A stretch of DNA of 18,305 nt from an uncultured Solirubrobacteraceae bacterium. GTDB lineage: Bacteria; Actinomycetota; Thermoleophilia; Solirubrobacterales; Solirubrobacteraceae. Below are positions 1-7,528 of this stretch, one piece after another. Every line of letters begins with the position of its first letter. The first letter of the stretch is position 1. The stretch is taken from assembly GCA_964588985.1 (NCBI GenBank), contig CAZPQW010000039.1:1-18305 (forward strand), given 5' to 3'. The notes under the pieces were generated by a model. It was not told the DNA's origin, did not search any database, and saw only the letters and a program-made list of their open reading frames with translations. The translations under genes were made by a program, and so were the position numbers.

Positions 1-515
1 ACCTCGAAGTAGCGCGCGAACTTCTCCCAGCAGGTGTGAACGTCCGCGCCCATCACCATGTTCGGGCGATCCGCGGGCAGCCCCGCGGCCTCGCGGCGCA
101 GCTGCCACGAGCGCTTGTGGGCGAGCATCGCGAGCATGATCGCCTCCGAGGAGCCGATCGTGGCGGTGCCGGTGGGCTGCTGGTGCGCCGGCGCGTGGAA
201 CAGCCGCCCGATCATGGAGACGACCCGCCGGTGCACGACCTCGGTCTGCGGGTACTCGTCCTGGTCGATCAGGTTCTTCGCGAGCGTCTCCGCGGCAAGC
301 CTGTCGGCCTGCGGCTCCATCCAGCTGGTCACGAATGACGCGAGGTTGAGCGCGGGGTTGCCGTCGAGGTTGAGCTCGTCGTGCACGAGCTGGTAGGCGC
401 CGTCCGCGCTCATGCCCTCCGCCGGCAGCCGGTACTTGGGGATGTCGTGCGAGAACGACCGCCCGGCGTAGGTCGGCGTGACGAGATCCTCCGAGTCGAC
501 GTTCAGTTTGTGCAC
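1..515 (-). CDS. gadB: Glutamate decarboxylase (PLP-dependent, group II), N-terminal part; runs off the window
   Basis: Not in the ORF track. Manual translation from GTG at 515 (GGAGGT SD at 521-526 on the minus strand) gives [16 protein letters not shown]...[25 protein letters not shown]...[12 protein letters not shown]...[13 protein letters not shown]...[22 protein letters not shown], which are hallmark GAD motifs. Confidence 0.93.
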   Translation of the reverse strand, partial: MHKLNVDSEDLVTPTYAGRSFSHDIPKYRLPAEGMSADGAYQLVHDELNLDGNPALNLASFVTSWMEPQADRLAAETLAKNLIDQDEYPQTEVVHRRVVSMIGRLFHAPAHQQPTGTATIGSSEAIMLAMLAHKRSWQLRREAAGLPADRPNMVMGADVHTCWEKFARYFE

Positions 516-605
516 GGGACACCTCCGGTCGTGGCGTGACGGATCACTGGATGGTGGATCATCCCGCGATAGCCCCGCGAGGCGCACTGGCGAGCGTCCC
601 AAAGC

Positions 606-626
606 TGAGAACAAGACTCAGTCTCA
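606..626. promoter_or_regulatory. Putative Fur-family (Zur) operator
   Basis: TGAGAACAAGACTCAGTCTCA has TGAGA/TCTCA ends and can be read as two imperfect 7-1-7 inverted repeats offset by 6 bp (606-620, 612-626). It lies directly upstream of the -10 element of a metal ABC operon that encodes a Fur-family protein. Confidence 0.55.
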
Positions 627-635
627 TGATATGTT
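627..635 (+). promoter_or_regulatory. Extended -10 element (TGnTATGTT) of a probably leaderless ABC operon transcript
   Basis: TG-A-TATGTT ends 6 nt before the GTG at 642, and no SD sequence is present. Confidence 0.5.
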
Positions 636-641
636 TGCGGC

Positions 642-1523
642 GTGCCAGTTGCGCAGTCGAGCGGCGGTCGATCCCCGGCGATAGAGCTGGAAGGCGCGAG
701 CGTGCGGCTGGCCGGCACGACGATCTGGAGCGACGTGTCGATGCGCATGGCCGAAGGCGAGTTCGTTGCGCTGCTCGGAGCGAACGGCTCGGGCAAGTCG
801 ACCCTGCTGAAGGCGGTGCTCGGCGCGCTGCCGCTGGCGGCGGGACGGCTGAGTGTTTTGGGCAGGCCGCCTGGGGAGGCGAACCGCGCGATCGGCTACC
901 TGCCTCAGCGCCACGCGTTCGAGCGTGGAGCGCAACTGCGGGGGCGCGACATCGTGCGCCTCGGGCTGGACGGCGACCGCTGGGGCGTGCCGTTACCGCT
1001 GTGGTGGGGACGCGACGGCGCTCGCGCGCGAGGCGCGTCGAGCGCGCGCCGGCAGGTCGACGAAGCGATCGAGCTGGTCGGCGCCGCCTCCTACGCGGAC
1101 CGCCCGATCGGCGAGTGCTCGGGCGGCGAGCAGCAGCGGCTGCTGATCGCGCAGGCGCTCGTGCGCCGGCCGAGGCTGTTCCTGCTGGATGAGCCGCTGG
1201 ACAGCCTCGACCTCCCCAACCAGGCCTCTGTGGCGGCGCTCGTCGCCGATATCTGTAGGAGCGCAGGCGTGGGGGTGCTGCTGGTCGCGCACGACGTCAA
1301 CCCGCTGCTGCCCTACCTCGACCGCGTGGTGTACCTGGCGCGCGGACACGCGGTGGAGGGGCCGGTGGAGCAGGTGATCACGAGCGAGACGCTCAGTCGC
1401 CTCTACGGGGTCCCGGTGGAGGTGCTGAAGGCCTCCGACGGCCGTCTGGTGGTCGTGGGACAGCCGGAGCCGCCCGCGCACCACCACGACCGACACGCTC
1501 ACGCGCACGCCCATGCCGGCTGA
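642..1523 (+). CDS. znuC: Zn/Mn ABC transporter ATP-binding protein with His-rich C-terminal tail
   Basis: Walker A GANGSGKST, IGYLPQ Q-loop, signature CSGGEQQR, Walker B LLDEP, H-loop VAHD, and tail HHHDRHAHAHAHAG. Metal specificity is inferred from context. Confidence 0.9.
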   Translation: MPVAQSSGGRSPAIELEGASVRLAGTTIWSDVSMRMAEGEFVALLGANGSGKSTLLKAVLGALPLAAGRLSVLGRPPGEANRAIGYLPQRHAFERGAQLRGRDIVRLGLDGDRWGVPLPLWWGRDGARARGASSARRQVDEAIELVGAASYADRPIGECSGGEQQRLLIAQALVRRPRLFLLDEPLDSLDLPNQASVAALVADICRSAGVGVLLVAHDVNPLLPYLDRVVYLARGHAVEGPVEQVITSETLSRLYGVPVEVLKASDGRLVVVGQPEPPAHHHDRHAHAHAHAG

Positions 1524-2442
1524 TCTCGCCAACCCGCATCTCGGCTGGAACCTCGCGCGTGACGTGAGCGAGCTCGTGGAATACCACTTCATGGTCAACG
1601 CGCTCGTGGCGGGTGGGATCGTTGCGGTGATGGCAGGGCTTGTGGGTTGGGTGATGGTGCTGCGCGGCGAGGCGTTCGCGGGGCACACGCTCGCGGTGAT
1701 GGCCTTCCCCGGTGCGAGTGCGGCGGCATTGCTGGGCATACCGGCAGCGTGGGGCTACTTCGCGTTCTGCGGCGCCGGCGCGGCTGCGATCGGGCGACTG
1801 TCGGGCGGCGAGCGTGGCTCCTGGAGCGAGGCGTCGGCGGGTATCGGCGCGGTGCAGGCGAGCGCGCTCGCGGTCGGCTTCCTGTTCGTGAGCCTCTACG
1901 GCGGCGTGCTCGGGGGGTTGGAGAGCCTGCTGTTCGGCAACATCCTCGGCGTGTCCGACGGCGAGGTGCTGGTGCTCGCGTTCGTGGCGGTAAGCACGCT
2001 CGCAGTCCTGGCGGGGATCGGCCGCCCGCTGCTGTTCGCGTCGGTTGACCCGGACGTGGCGGGTGCGCGCGGGGTGCCCGTGAGGGCGCTGTCGGGGACG
2101 TTCCTGTCGCTGCTCGGGCTGGCGGTTGCGGCGACGAGCCAGATCACCGGTCCGCTGCTGGTGTTCGCTTTGCTGGTGATGCCGGCGGCGACCGCGCAGG
2201 CGCTCACGGCGCGGCCGGCGCTCAGCCTGTGGCTGACCGTGCTGTTGGCGTTGGCGGTGACGTGGCTCGGGCTGGGCATCTCCTACTTCTCCGCCTACCC
2301 AGCGGGCTTCTTCATCTCGACGATCTCCTTCGCGATCTACGTGCTCGCGCGGGTCGGCGCGGCGCTCTCGCGACGGACGCGTCCCGATCGCGGTCTCGGG
2401 CCAGTCACGATGGAGCCACCGCCGAGAGGTGTGATCGCCTGA
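1513..2442 (+). CDS. znuB: Zn/Mn ABC transporter permease (ABC-3 family)
   Basis: FMVNALVAGG...VLRGEAFAGHTLAVMAFPGA, LFGNILGVS, RPLLFASVDPDVAGARGVPV, GPLLVFALLVMPAATA; multiple hydrophobic segments; overlaps the ATPase by 11 nt. Confidence 0.9.
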   Translation: MPADLANPHLGWNLARDVSELVEYHFMVNALVAGGIVAVMAGLVGWVMVLRGEAFAGHTLAVMAFPGASAAALLGIPAAWGYFAFCGAGAAAIGRLSGGERGSWSEASAGIGAVQASALAVGFLFVSLYGGVLGGLESLLFGNILGVSDGEVLVLAFVAVSTLAVLAGIGRPLLFASVDPDVAGARGVPVRALSGTFLSLLGLAVAATSQITGPLLVFALLVMPAATAQALTARPALSLWLTVLLALAVTWLGLGISYFSAYPAGFFISTISFAIYVLARVGAALSRRTRPDRGLGPVTMEPPPRGVIA

Positions 2443-3278
2443 TGCTCTCGCATGAGTTCATGCGCAACGCTCTGCTCGCGGGGACGTTTATCGCGCTCGC
2501 GTGCGGCATCAGCGGCTGGTTCGTGGTGCTCCGCGGCCAGGTGTTCGCCGGCGACGCGCTCAGCCACGTGGCCTTTCCCGGCGCGCTCGCTGCGGCGGCG
2601 GCGGGCGTCGACGAGCGGGTTGGCCTGATCGGCGCGACGGTCGTCGCGGGTGCGGCGATCGGTGTGCTCGGCCGCGGCGCGTTCGCGGGACGCGGAGCGC
2701 GGATGTCCGCGGCGGGCGTCGCGGACGACACGGCGATCGGGATCGTGTTCACGTTCATCCTCGGCGGGCTCGGGCTGTATTTCGTGACGCGCTTCGGCAT
2801 GAGCTCGGGCGCCGGAGCGGGCATCCAGGTGGCGCACACGCTGTTCGGCTCGATCTTCGGCCTCGGTGCGGGCGAAGCGCGTGTGGCCGCCGGAGTGGGG
2901 CTGGGCGTGGTGGGGCTGACGCTCGCGATCGCACGCCCGCTGCTGTTCGCGTCGGTCTCGCCGGCGGTGGCCGGCGCTCGTGGCGTGCCCACGCGTCTGC
3001 TGGGCGTGGGCTTCCTGGTGCTGCTCGCGGTCGTGGCTGCGGAGGCCGTCCAGGCGGTCGGCGCGCTGCTGTTGCTGGGGTTGCTGGCGGCGCCCGCGGC
3101 AGCCGCGCACCGCATCGCCAGGAGCCCGTACGCGGGGATCGCGCTGGCGGGCGCGCTTGCGCTGGCGGCGATGTGGGGCGGGCTGGTGCTCTCCTACGCG
3201 CTGCCGTGGCTTCCGCCGAGCAGCGCGATCGTGGGGCTGGCCGTGGGGATCTATGCGACCGCGGCGGTGCTCGCATGA
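2442..3278 (+). CDS. znuB: Second Zn/Mn ABC transporter permease (ABC-3 family)
   Basis: True start is the ATG at 2442 (TGATG overlap): MLSHEFMRNALLAG...VLRGQVFAGDALSHVAFPGA...LFGSIFG...RPLLFASV...ARGVP. Paralogue of the preceding gene. Confidence 0.88.
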   Translation: MLSHEFMRNALLAGTFIALACGISGWFVVLRGQVFAGDALSHVAFPGALAAAAAGVDERVGLIGATVVAGAAIGVLGRGAFAGRGARMSAAGVADDTAIGIVFTFILGGLGLYFVTRFGMSSGAGAGIQVAHTLFGSIFGLGAGEARVAAGVGLGVVGLTLAIARPLLFASVSPAVAGARGVPTRLLGVGFLVLLAVVAAEAVQAVGALLLLGLLAAPAAAAHRIARSPYAGIALAGALALAAMWGGLVLSYALPWLPPSSAIVGLAVGIYATAAVLA

Positions 3279-3715
3279 AGGGCGCGGCGTGGGTGCAGGG
3301 TGCCGAGGCCGAGCTCGCGGCGGCGGGTCGCAAGCGTGGCGGCGCGCGGCGCGCGGTCCTGGAGCTGCTCGGCGGCGAGACATGCGCGCTCAGCGCGCTG
3401 GAGATCGAGGACGCCCTGAGAGGATCGCACGGTCGAGCGGTGAGTCGCGCGAGTGTCTACCGCATCCTCGACGAGCTGGAGCAGATGGGTCTCGTCCAGC
3501 GCGTGGAGATCGGCCAGGCGATGGTGCGCTACGAGCGCGTGTGCGGGCACGACGAGCACCACCATCACCTCGTGTGCGACGCGTGCGGTGTGGTGATCCC
3601 GTTCTCGGACCCCGCGCTCGAGCGCGCGATCACGGATCTCAGCAAGCGCGTTCCGCTGGTCGTGTCCGAGCACGAGATCGTGCTGCACGGATCCTGTCAG
3701 GACTGCGCCGCGTAG
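3275..3715 (+). CDS. zur: Fur-family transcriptional regulator, probably Zur
   Basis: ATGA overlap at 3275-3278. Contains RRAVLELL, VSRASVYRILDELEQMGLV (wHTH), HHHHLVCDACG and C-terminal GSCQDC. The Zur subtype is inferred from the operon. Confidence 0.88.
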   Translation: MKGAAWVQGAEAELAAAGRKRGGARRAVLELLGGETCALSALEIEDALRGSHGRAVSRASVYRILDELEQMGLVQRVEIGQAMVRYERVCGHDEHHHHLVCDACGVVIPFSDPALERAITDLSKRVPLVVSEHEIVLHGSCQDCAA

Positions 3716-3748
3716 GAGATCGGGTGGCAGCAGGAGTAGAATGTGAGC

Positions 3749-3967
3749 ATGGAGCCCAAGGCGAGAACACCTCTTCTTTCGGTCGGTCACGAGGCTGAGT
3801 GGGCGGAGATCAATCGCGAAGAGACGGAGCAGCTTCGCGCGAGCAACATGGCATTGACGCCCGCCCAGCGGCTCGAGGTCGGGCAAAGACTTTCTCAGCA
3901 GGCTGTCTCCCTGCTAGCGGCCGCGATAAGAACCGGCCATGTCCCCAGACGAGCTCTCTGGTCCTGA
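3749..3967 (+). CDS. Small hypothetical protein (72 aa), possible antitoxin or partner of the downstream nucleotidyltransferase
   Basis: TAGAAT at 3737-3742 lies 6 nt before ATG 3749 (alternative start GTG 3743 with GGAG). Predicted helical, with ...NMALTPAQRLEVGQRLS.... Overlaps the next gene by 29 nt. Confidence 0.6.
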   Translation: MEPKARTPLLSVGHEAEWAEINREETEQLRASNMALTPAQRLEVGQRLSQQAVSLLAAAIRTGHVPRRALWS

Positions 3968-4451
3968 CCTCGCGGGCGTCGTCGCTGACGCCTATGCGGT
4001 CGGGCTCGAGTATGTCGTTATCGGTGGCTTCAGCGTTATCTACCACGGCTACGTTCGCGCGACCAAAGACAGCGATCTGCTCGTTCCCGATGGTCCCGAC
4101 GCCGACGCTGCGGTGCTGCGCTTTCTCGAGCGTGTAGAGGGGAGGCGTTTGTACGACGGCAAGGTGCTGGCGCCCGCCGATGTCGCAGATGCTCAACACC
4201 TGCGCATCAACTGCCGCCACGGCATTGTCGACATCATGCGTGGAGGGTTGCCGCCTCTGGACTACGCCACGGTTGCCGCGCGTGCCGAACTCGTTGAGTT
4301 CCTCGGGCAGAAAGTTCGCATCGCGGGTCTGGTGAGCGTGGTGGGCTTCAAGCGCCTGGCAGGCCGACCTCAGGATCGCCTGGACCTCGCAGAACTCGAA
4401 GGCATACACCCCGAGCTTCCGATCGAGCCGATCCCCGGCCTCGACGAGTAG
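3939..4451 (+). CDS. Pol-beta-superfamily nucleotidyltransferase (DUF6036/AbiEii-like)
   Basis: N-terminal YVVIGGFSVIYHGYVRATKDSDLLV (GG..., RxTxDxD), a central VDIM strand, and C-terminal KRLAGRPQDRLDL. Confidence 0.8.
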   Translation: MSPDELSGPDLAGVVADAYAVGLEYVVIGGFSVIYHGYVRATKDSDLLVPDGPDADAAVLRFLERVEGRRLYDGKVLAPADVADAQHLRINCRHGIVDIMRGGLPPLDYATVAARAELVEFLGQKVRIAGLVSVVGFKRLAGRPQDRLDLAELEGIHPELPIEPIPGLDE

Positions 4452-4502
4452 AACGACGCTGGTAGCACGACACCGGAAGTACGCGGCCGACTGTTGCCAC
4501 GG

Positions 4503-4532
4503 TTGACATAGCACCACCTATCGGCAGACACT
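4503..4532 (+). promoter_or_regulatory. Putative housekeeping-sigma promoter for the secreted protein gene
   Basis: Perfect TTGACA at 4503-4508, an 18-nt spacer, and a weak -10 GACACT at 4527-4532. Confidence 0.35.
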
Positions 4533-4569
4533 CGCGGCGTCAGTGGAAACCGACGAAGGGGATGCGGGG

Positions 4570-5562
4570 ATGATTCGACTGAGGATGTTCGGGCTGTGCC
4601 TGATGGCGGTCATGGCCATCGGCGCGGTCGCCGCGGCGAGCGCTTCGGCGGAAGCGCCCGAATACGGCAGGTGCATCAAAAAAGCGAAAACCGAAGGCGC
4701 TGGGTTCTCGGACTCGAACTGCGGCACGGCCGTCGGCGCGGAAGGCAAATACGAATGGCTCGCGGGCCCCGGCCCGAAAGCGAAATTCACTTCGATCGAA
4801 CGTTTCATCTTCTCCGGGAAATACACCAACTGCCTGCGTGCCCGGGGCGAAGAAGAAATCGCCGAACAGAAGCGCAAAGAAGCCGAAACGGCTCCGGAAC
4901 CGGAAAAAGCGAGGCTCATACGCGAAGCCGAAGAACACGAACACGTTGCTGAAGAACGGCGGGCGAAAGCCAAACTCAGCAAGGCCGAATGCGAAACGCT
5001 GATCGAAGAAGAACGCGCGAAAGCGCCGGCAGTGTTGGAAACGGTGACGGGCCTGCAGGTGACGTGCGGCGGCGTGACGAGCGCCGGCGAATACACCGGC
5101 GTGAAAACCGTGGGCAACCTCACGACGACGTTCACCGAATGTGCAATCGCGGGCTTTTCGTGCCAGTCCGCGGGGGCCGAAGAAGGCGAAATTGCGACGA
5201 ACACGCTCGACGGGTCACTGGGTGTGGTGCAGAAAGAAGAACCGCTCACGAAAGTCAAAGTCAAAATCGGCCTCGACCTCTACCCGGCGGAAGGCTCGGC
5301 GGTGGCGGAATTCAGCTGCGACGGAGTGCCGATCGCAGTGACGGGGTCGGTGATCCACGAGGTGAAAGCCAACAAAATGGTGCTCACCGAATCGGAAAAA
5401 TTCGCTCAGAGCAAAGGCAAACAGAAACCGGAAAAATTCGAAGGTCAGCCGGCGGATGTGTTCGAGACCTCGCTGGGCGGCGGTCCGAGCGTGCAGTCCG
5501 GCCTGATGCTGAAGGGCGAACTGACGAACGAAGAAAAGATCGAGGTCAACTCGATCGTCTGA
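4570..5562 (+). CDS. Secreted hypothetical protein, Cys-rich and Glu/Lys-rich (330 aa)
   Basis: ATG 4570 begins a Sec signal peptide MIRLRMFGLCLMAVMAIGAVAAASASA|E. The mature part has 8 Cys and a beta-strand-like pattern with a charged helical insert. Confidence 0.85.
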   Translation: MIRLRMFGLCLMAVMAIGAVAAASASAEAPEYGRCIKKAKTEGAGFSDSNCGTAVGAEGKYEWLAGPGPKAKFTSIERFIFSGKYTNCLRARGEEEIAEQKRKEAETAPEPEKARLIREAEEHEHVAEERRAKAKLSKAECETLIEEERAKAPAVLETVTGLQVTCGGVTSAGEYTGVKTVGNLTTTFTECAIAGFSCQSAGAEEGEIATNTLDGSLGVVQKEEPLTKVKVKIGLDLYPAEGSAVAEFSCDGVPIAVTGSVIHEVKANKMVLTESEKFAQSKGKQKPEKFEGQPADVFETSLGGGPSVQSGLMLKGELTNEEKIEVNSIV

Positions 5563-7528
5563 TCGATCGCTGATCGGCGGTGGCGTGCGTGTGGGCCGGA
5601 GGGCTCGCGCGCACGCCACCCCACAGATATGTGGCGACGCACCCCAGGGCGAACACCGCCACGACCAGCAGCACCGGGCCTGAGTCCTCGGCGAGCGCGC
5701 CGACGACGCCCGCGGTGAGCCCTCCTCCGAGCGCGGCCAGCCACCCCGGATCGCCGTGCACCGGTGTGAGCAGACGGTCACGCATGCGGATCCCGAACCC
5801 ACCGCACGCCAGGGCGAGCACGGTGGCGAAGGGCATCGCGTGGTTCTTCAGCTCTCTCCACGCGGCGCCGTAGCGACGCACGATCACGTCACGCAGATCG
5901 CCCGCGGAGCGCGCGTCGAGGATGCTCCCGGTGAAGTGCCCGCCGCCGTGAGCGGTGGCGAGATCGAGGGCGGCGAGCACCACGAGCCCCGCGATGGGGG
6001 CGAGGATCACGGCGAGCGCGCGCCTGCGGCTGACCGCGCCGGGCGCCAGCAGCACGGTCGCGACAGCGAAGCCGGCGCTGACGAGGATCACGCCGCCGAC
6101 GCCCGCGCCGATGCGCGCGGAGCCCTCCACCACGGCCAGCACTGCGCCCGCACCCGCCACCGTCAGTGCGGCGCGGCGGGAGCGCACGGCGGGATAGAGC
6201 GCGGCGGCGACCGCCGCGAGCACGAGCACCGCGAGCCCCGACTTGAGCTCGTTGCCGATGCCGTAGAAGCGCGCGCCGAGGATCGGGTTTGGTCCCAACA
6301 CCGAGCGCATCAACAGCTGCCTGCCGGAGAGTGCGTCGAGGGTGAGCAGGACGATCGAGACGACGGCGGGAGGAATCACCGCGCGAGGCCACGGCGTGAG
6401 TCGGTCGGTGAACGCCCCGAACGCGAGGCACCCGAGCGCGATCGTGGCGTACTCCACAGGCGCGCTCGGCTCGAGCGCCGCGGGGATCAACACGACGACG
6501 GGCGCCCACATCACGCCGAGCGCCCCCACGCGCATCGCACGTGCGCGAGCCGCCGGTCGCGTTGCGCATGCGAGAAGCAGCAGCGCCCAGGCGATCAGCA
6601 GCGCGGCGAGCGCCTTCAGTCGTCGCCCGCCGACCACGTGCAGGCGTGCCATCAACGCGCGCAGGCTCGAAGAGTGCAGCGGACCGTCGGTTTCGAGCGC
6701 CTTGCCGCGCATGTCCGCGGGCAGCTTCTTCACCCCCAGGTGCACGAGGATCGTGGGCGCGAGGTCGACCGCGGCGATCAGCCCGCGCTGTTTGGTGCTC
6801 GCCGAGGTGAGCTCCCTGCCACCGGCGCCGCCCAGACCGGCGGCGGCCGTCCACAGCAGCTCGCCGCCGCGCGTGTCTGGCGCGCGCTGGACGACGAGCA
6901 GCAGCTCGCCGGGTTCGTGTTCGGCGCTCAGCGCGCGCAGGTCGGCGATTCCTTCCGCGCCGGCGGGCAGGTCGGCCACGACGAGGCGCTTTTCGCGGCG
7001 CTGCGCGGTGATACGCGCGAGCAGCGTGCGGGCCGCTCCGAGCGAGTCGGAGGCGATCACGCCGTTGGAGTCGGCTGCGGCGATCGCGTCGAGGTCGTTC
7101 GTGCCGAGGACACCCGCGTAGCCGGCGCCGCCCGGGAGCTGGCTGGCGAGCAGCCCGGGCCGCAGCAACTGGGGTGCTTCTTCGGCGCGCTGGACGGCTT
7201 CGCTCCATCCCGCGACCGCAGCTCCGCTGGCGGTGGGGGCGATCGTCAACAGAGGGGCGCTCGCGCTGGGGTATGCGGAGGACGAGATCCGCGCCCCCTG
7301 GGTGAGGTCGAGCAGGAACTGAGCGCTTTGGTAGCTGCCTTGAGTGGCGGACATGATCCCCACGGACATCCCGCCGACGCTCGCCAGCTGCGACTCGCTC
7401 ACCGGCGCGAACAGCAACAGCGCGGATGGCTGCCGGGCGCCTGTCCGGGCGTGAGCGCTCGACGCCGACGCGCAGAGCGCCGACGCGCACAGGAGGGCGA
7501 GCGCCGCCCCCCGCCCGATTGGGCTCAG
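5546..7528 (-). CDS. Uncharacterised membrane protein: signal peptide, degenerate alkaline-phosphatase-like extracellular region and multi-TM C-terminal domain; start uncertain
   Basis: Corresponds to the C-terminal 660 aa of track ORF 5546..8710. Signal-like GRGAALALLCASALCASASSAHA; GLIAAVDLAPTILVHLGV...PADMRGKAL resembles the AlkP/sulfatase C-terminal motif; LGPNPILGARFYGIGNE loop; many hydrophobic segments. Confidence 0.75.
   Translation of the reverse strand: MSPIGRGAALALLCASALCASASSAHARTGARQPSALLLFAPVSESQLASVGGMSVGIMSATQGSYQSAQFLLDLTQGARISSSAYPSASAPLLTIAPTASGAAVAGWSEAVQRAEEAPQLLRPGLLASQLPGGAGYAGVLGTNDLDAIAAADSNGVIASDSLGAARTLLARITAQRREKRLVVADLPAGAEGIADLRALSAEHEPGELLLVVQRAPDTRGGELLWTAAAGLGGAGGRELTSASTKQRGLIAAVDLAPTILVHLGVKKLPADMRGKALETDGPLHSSSLRALMARLHVVGGRRLKALAALLIAWALLLLACATRPAARARAMRVGALGVMWAPVVVLIPAALEPSAPVEYATIALGCLAFGAFTDRLTPWPRAVIPPAVVSIVLLTLDALSGRQLLMRSVLGPNPILGARFYGIGNELKSGLAVLVLAAVAAALYPAVRSRRAALTVAGAGAVLAVVEGSARIGAGVGGVILVSAGFAVATVLLAPGAVSRRRALAVILAPIAGLVVLAALDLATAHGGGHFTGSILDARSAGDLRDVIVRRYGAAWRELKNHAMPFATVLALACGGFGIRMRDRLLTPVHGDPGWLAALGGGLTAGVVGALAEDSGPVLLVVAVFALGCVATYLWGGVRASPPAHTHATADQRSIRRSS

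Noticed and set aside
36-396. Plus-strand ORFs 36..338 and 58..396
   Set aside because: They are antisense shadows of gadB.
2229-3274. Long N-terminal extensions in track ORFs 2229..3278 and 2501..3715
   Set aside because: They are shadow frames of the upstream permeases. The real starts are the coupled ATGs at 2442 and 3275.
4539-4556. GAAA-capped mini-hairpin upstream of the secreted gene (c-di-GMP riboswitch considered)
   Set aside because: The stem is weak and bulged, and no second stem or riboswitch consensus is present.
4518-5264. Phe/Ser-rich antisense ORFs opposite the secreted protein
   Set aside because: Their composition simply mirrors the GAA/AAA codons on the coding strand.
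5551-5576. Cluster of four GATC within about 25 bp at a convergent gene junction
   Set aside because: GATC and CGATCG are frequent throughout the window, and both strands are coding here.
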